Both the position numbers and the translations under genes were made by a program. A DNA stretch of 63,705 bases, the filler included, from Sphacelaria rigidula (lineage: Eukaryota): assembly GCA_964200075.2 (NCBI GenBank). It is 5 parts of 5 records of this genome, joined end to end, with 100 filler letters (N's around TTAATTAATTAA, not from the genome) between each part and the next. Parts side by side here need not be neighbours in the genome. Positions count along the whole stretch, not along the records: positions 51,048 to 63,705 come from CAXNAA020003529.1; 4 more parts are not named here. One strand, given 5' to 3'. Position 1 is the stretch's first letter. Every line of letters begins with the position of its first letter. This document shows positions 59,900 to 63,705 of the stretch, piece by piece. Below the pieces are notes generated by a model. That model was not told the origin of the DNA. It saw nothing but the letters and a program-made list of their open reading frames with translations, and ran no database searches.

Positions 59900-62300
59900 T
59901 CTCTACAGATGGTGACCACTACCTTCTGCACACCATAGAGCAATAATTCCTCACGGTCGGTAGCTCCTAGCAGCCACATCTAGCACCCTCATGATGCATC
60001 TCAGCATGCCACGAAAGAGCATATCCTTACCGCTGAACCAATGCGACAAAAACCTTTGCCTCCACAAAAGCTTGCGCATCGACGATTTCTCCTGTCTCAG
60101 TTGCTTTTCTAGGCGAAACAAGTGGTGGAACGGGAACAACCATACAGTCCCGCATAGCAACAACTCTCGAGGGCACCACATCATTCTCACCAAGCACCTG
60201 ACCTCACATCATATGGGCAATATCACGCATCATTCGCTTACATTCACGAAGGTAAAACGGCGATTGGACCATCCGAAATCTACGATCCATCAGCACCTTA
60301 AACGCTCTTATCGCACAATTCTTCACATGCCATCCCGTATCGCCGACCCATACCTCCGGCGACCCCATCGCTTTTGCTTTGAACCATGTCAGAAAATGCT
60401 TCACCTTCGCCTCCACACTAGACTCCGCGGGCTCAAACCACACGAAGTTGCTCACATCGTCTTTGATCACCAAGCTATCTTGGATCGGAACTCCGTCGTC
60501 AAAGCCACCATTTTCCAGCTGACCATTCGCTCCATCGCTGAGGAAATTGAATTTCATCACCTCCTCCGGGCGAGTACCATGCACCTTATCCCCGCCAAGC
60601 ACCATATCCTCGTGAGGAGGGGGAATATGCGCCCCCACCTTGGATTCGCTCACCCGTCGGGAGCAGAAAGTTTCCAGAATTTCCATCGCCGCTCCCCCAA
60701 ACTTGAGTGAAAACTGCATTATAGGAAACCAAACGCCACCAAAACTGCAATGCACGAAGCTAGCCACCCGGTCTTCACCGGATCGTTGCAATGGGGTTGG
60801 GCCTTCGCAGCCGTCGCCTGTGACTGGGGCTGCACCCTCATAGGCGGTACGGCTCCACTCTCAGGAGCTTTCACTTCCTTTCCACCGGTATCCTTCTTGC
60901 TGTCACTTTGAAACGACCACATAGAGACGATCGCCCACCTAGCCGAAAGATACTGGGTTTGCTCACGCCGGTCTGCACCGGCAGAGCACGCGGGCGTAAC
61001 GTTTCCAAAGCCAGCGGATATAAATCTACCCCGAGTTCCTTCATAATCGCCATGCCAAACAACACCACGCCATCGTTGCCAGGCATGACCGAGAAGGTGA
61101 TTGGCGGCATCTCCACAGCACCCCACGGCGTCCGCACGCTCACAGCAATAGGCACTGTTTTATAAGAAAAGTTACGGGTGCACCCGTGGCGCTCTGTGCT
61201 ATTTGCGGTCCATTTTCAAATGGTAGCTGTAGCTGGACGCATCCAAACTGTGAAGACATCTGTTGTAGCAACCCCACACTTATTGATGTGAGTGCTGATC
61301 CAGAGTCGAGAAAAACGCGAGCCGTAAATGAACCAACAGAACCAGGTAGGGATAGATCGGCGCGCAAGCATTCTGCGCTACGGTCGACAGACACCGCACC
61401 TGCCGAAGAATAACTCTGGTTAGTACCTAGAGTCACTCGACGCCAAGGCAGCGCTCCAGCACTTGACATCGATGCTCTTGCATTCGTCGCAACAGTGGAA
61501 GATACACCAGATACGAATCCTGCCGGGTCTATGGGTTGCTAGCCTTCCGCTCCAGCATTCCCCACCGAAGTATTACCTCCTCCCACATATGCTAGCCGCC
61601 CCGACACAATCGAACCTAGAGATCTAGCGTCATCACTTGAAAACGCACTTAGGGATACAGTAGCGGCGGAATCACAATTCTCCGTCGCTTGATTTCGTTC
61701 TTGGCCCCTGCCTCTGTACCCGTATCTCTGGTTGCTCCGACCTTGTCCGCCATAACGACCGCCTCGAGATCTTGTCCTATCTCGCGCATTTCCTTGCGCT
61801 GCGCCTTTAGTGCGAGGCTTGGAGCAACGTTTTAAAATATGCCCATAGTCGACGCAGTTGTAACATGGGCGAATGAACAACGCTCGCGAAGTCGGCAGCT
61901 GTTTCTGTTGCTTGCGCTCGCCATACTTCGACGTTTCTAACGGTTTATCTCAAACCAGCGGCTTCATTGCCACTTGAGTAATGTTTTCTATGACTTCAAA
62001 ATCACGGATAGGCTCTTGCCTTACTTGAGCGTCCCTCCAGCGGAGTGTGTTCCTCCAAACGCTGTGCGCTGTAAGCTGTCTTCCGTCTGCGGGCTGAACT
62101 GGCTCTATGCTGCAGCCCAATCTCTCCTCAGCCAAAACTCCTCTAACAGAGTGCCGGAAGAAATATCTAGATATTGTAGCCTCTGCCAGACGATCTGGAC
62201 AAGAGGACTATCCACGAGGGACTCCTCCAGTAGCACTGGCCTCGTGCTCAACAAGTGCTTTCTTCTCATTTGCTACATTCACGGAGTAAACCGCTGCGGC
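59900..62300 (-). mobile_element. Degenerate Ty3/Gypsy-like LTR retrotransposon internal region (gag zinc knuckle, aspartic protease, integrase)
   Basis: CYNCVDYGHILKRC (CCHC, about 61825-61866); VFLDSGSALTSIS and VVLFGMAIMKELGVD (protease); HGTRPEEVMKFNFL...LVIKDDVSNFVWFEP...GSPEVWVGDTGWHVKN (integrase core). Multiple stops and frameshifts. Confidence 0.85.
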
Positions 62301-63569
62301 CCGCACTATCAGGCCTGGGCTACACAGCAAGGGTCGTCATCCACAGGATGCCCTTGTCCTCTGATCATCATCCAGGATCCTATGTGCTACATTTCTGCGC
62401 CTTGGTATATTTTGGCTACAGTACATATGTGTGACGTTGTGGAGTAGTTCTCAGTATATGAGCGATATCATTATACATATATATATATGTCATTGCGTGT
62501 TCGGGATCACGACTGCACCGTAACCAGGAGGGCTGATCGAATATGCTCACACTCAGTTGTGAGGATAATGATGACATGTAGGATACAGCGTGCACGTTGG
62601 ATTGCGTGTTATGGTACAAGGACTATGTGGACGGAATAACCGGAATGTGGGGGTGTTGGAGTATTTTGTACAGGAGGCGCTTCATCGGCTTGTGTGGTAT
62701 GACTCATTCCTTTTGTTATTCCGCGGTGTGGCAAACACATGCCACATACCCGAATTCAGTTGTTCTTCGCTCTTTCTTCTGTTCTGTAGCTGTCCATGTC
62801 TTGTATCGGTTTTATGCGAGTCGACATGGGTTACGGTATGAGGTTATGTCGTGAATAATACTGGAGGGAGATCATGAGGAAAGAGGTATAATCGCCACCG
62901 ATGCACCGAGCTTCTTCTCAGTGGGTTCTCTACGACATTCTCCCAACCTGAATGTGTATAGCTGTCCTTGAATCCAGTCGGAGGCCAAAATTATTGATAA
63001 CACCTTCCTCACGAGCCTGGATCTTCGCGGACCGGAATTACTTGCACGTGTGTGCATGACAACGGTATAGCCGTGACCGGAGTACCGCCCGGTATTCCGA
63101 CGGACGTGTTCCGTAGCTCACAGAGGCACGCCCTGCCCAAAACAGAGGCAGGAAGGGATCGACTTTTGCACTGATCAGCGCAACAGACAACACACTAATA
63201 CAAAGGTCAAAATGCGGCAACAGTCAAATGTGCCCAAATGTGATACAGTAGTACAGCAGCCGGGGCGCACACACAGCCCCCAGCCGATTACTCGTCGGCT
63301 TCTCCCATCTCTTCTATACTCTCCCGAGTCATTGCATTACTTGGTACCCTGTAATGAAAGACATGAACGATATCCCTTGTGCCTCAGCCAAGGAACATGG
63401 CCCGAGTGGCCTTGAAAACCGTCGGTCCGGAGGTGTTTTCAACTCCGATGCGGTCCAAATAGTAAGCGGTCCAATCACCCATTACACTCTCAAGTTGAGG
63501 ATAATTTTGCTTTGCGGAGGATGAACCTTGGGAACCTTTAAAATCATCAAAACGTGATGCCGCGATAGC

Positions 63570-63570
<1 letters not shown>

Positions 63571-63629
<59 letters not shown>
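63571..63629. repeat. Poly-C homopolymer (about 59 nt)
   Basis: Directly visible. Confidence 0.9.
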
Positions 63630-63705
63630 ACGACCCGGAAAGAAGGAGGCGGGAGACAACAGGGGTATGCGGTGGGTCGGAGAGCAGAAAAAAAAAAAAA
63701 AGAGA

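Noticed and set aside
63384..63570. Gypsy RNase H fragment (SSAKQNYPQLE)
   Set aside because: A single short motif without flanking conserved residues; the poly-Gly part of the ORF is just the poly-C run.

Overview
Eukaryotic, intron-rich and repeat-rich genomic DNA, most likely from a brown alga or related stramenopile (inferred from spliceosomal gene structure, an EsV-1-7 repeat exon and the transposon types). The window is not one locus. It is five unrelated contigs (1-12663, 12764-25425, 25526-38187, 38288-50947, 51048-63705; 12663/12662/12662/12660/12658 bp, i.e. sorted by size) joined by 100-nt N-TTAATTAATTAA-N linkers, so nothing can be inferred across the joins. Contig 1 holds the first five exons of mitochondrial malate dehydrogenase (+), head-to-head with a long NOP9/Pumilio-like exon (-). 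Contig 2 holds two exons of a DOMON-domain protein with a mucin-like stalk and a hydrophobic C-terminus. Contig 5 holds one symmetric 105-nt exon encoding an EsV-1-7 cysteine-rich repeat. The rest is mostly mobile DNA: a tRNA-derived SINE with target-site duplications, GAG-terminal MITEs with 4-bp TSDs (Sola-like), TA-flanked MITEs carrying a tRNA-like segment, hAT-like and foldback elements, a Gypsy remnant lacking RT, a decayed KDZ/Zisupton-like transposase (contig 3) and a long disabled multi-ORF region of uncertain origin (contig 4). No CRISPR array, rRNA or intact tRNA was found, and no complete novel system can be demonstrated. The best leads are the EsV-1-7 cassette exon, the KDZ-like remnants and the site-preferring SINE. 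All family assignments are by-eye motif recognition, not database searches.
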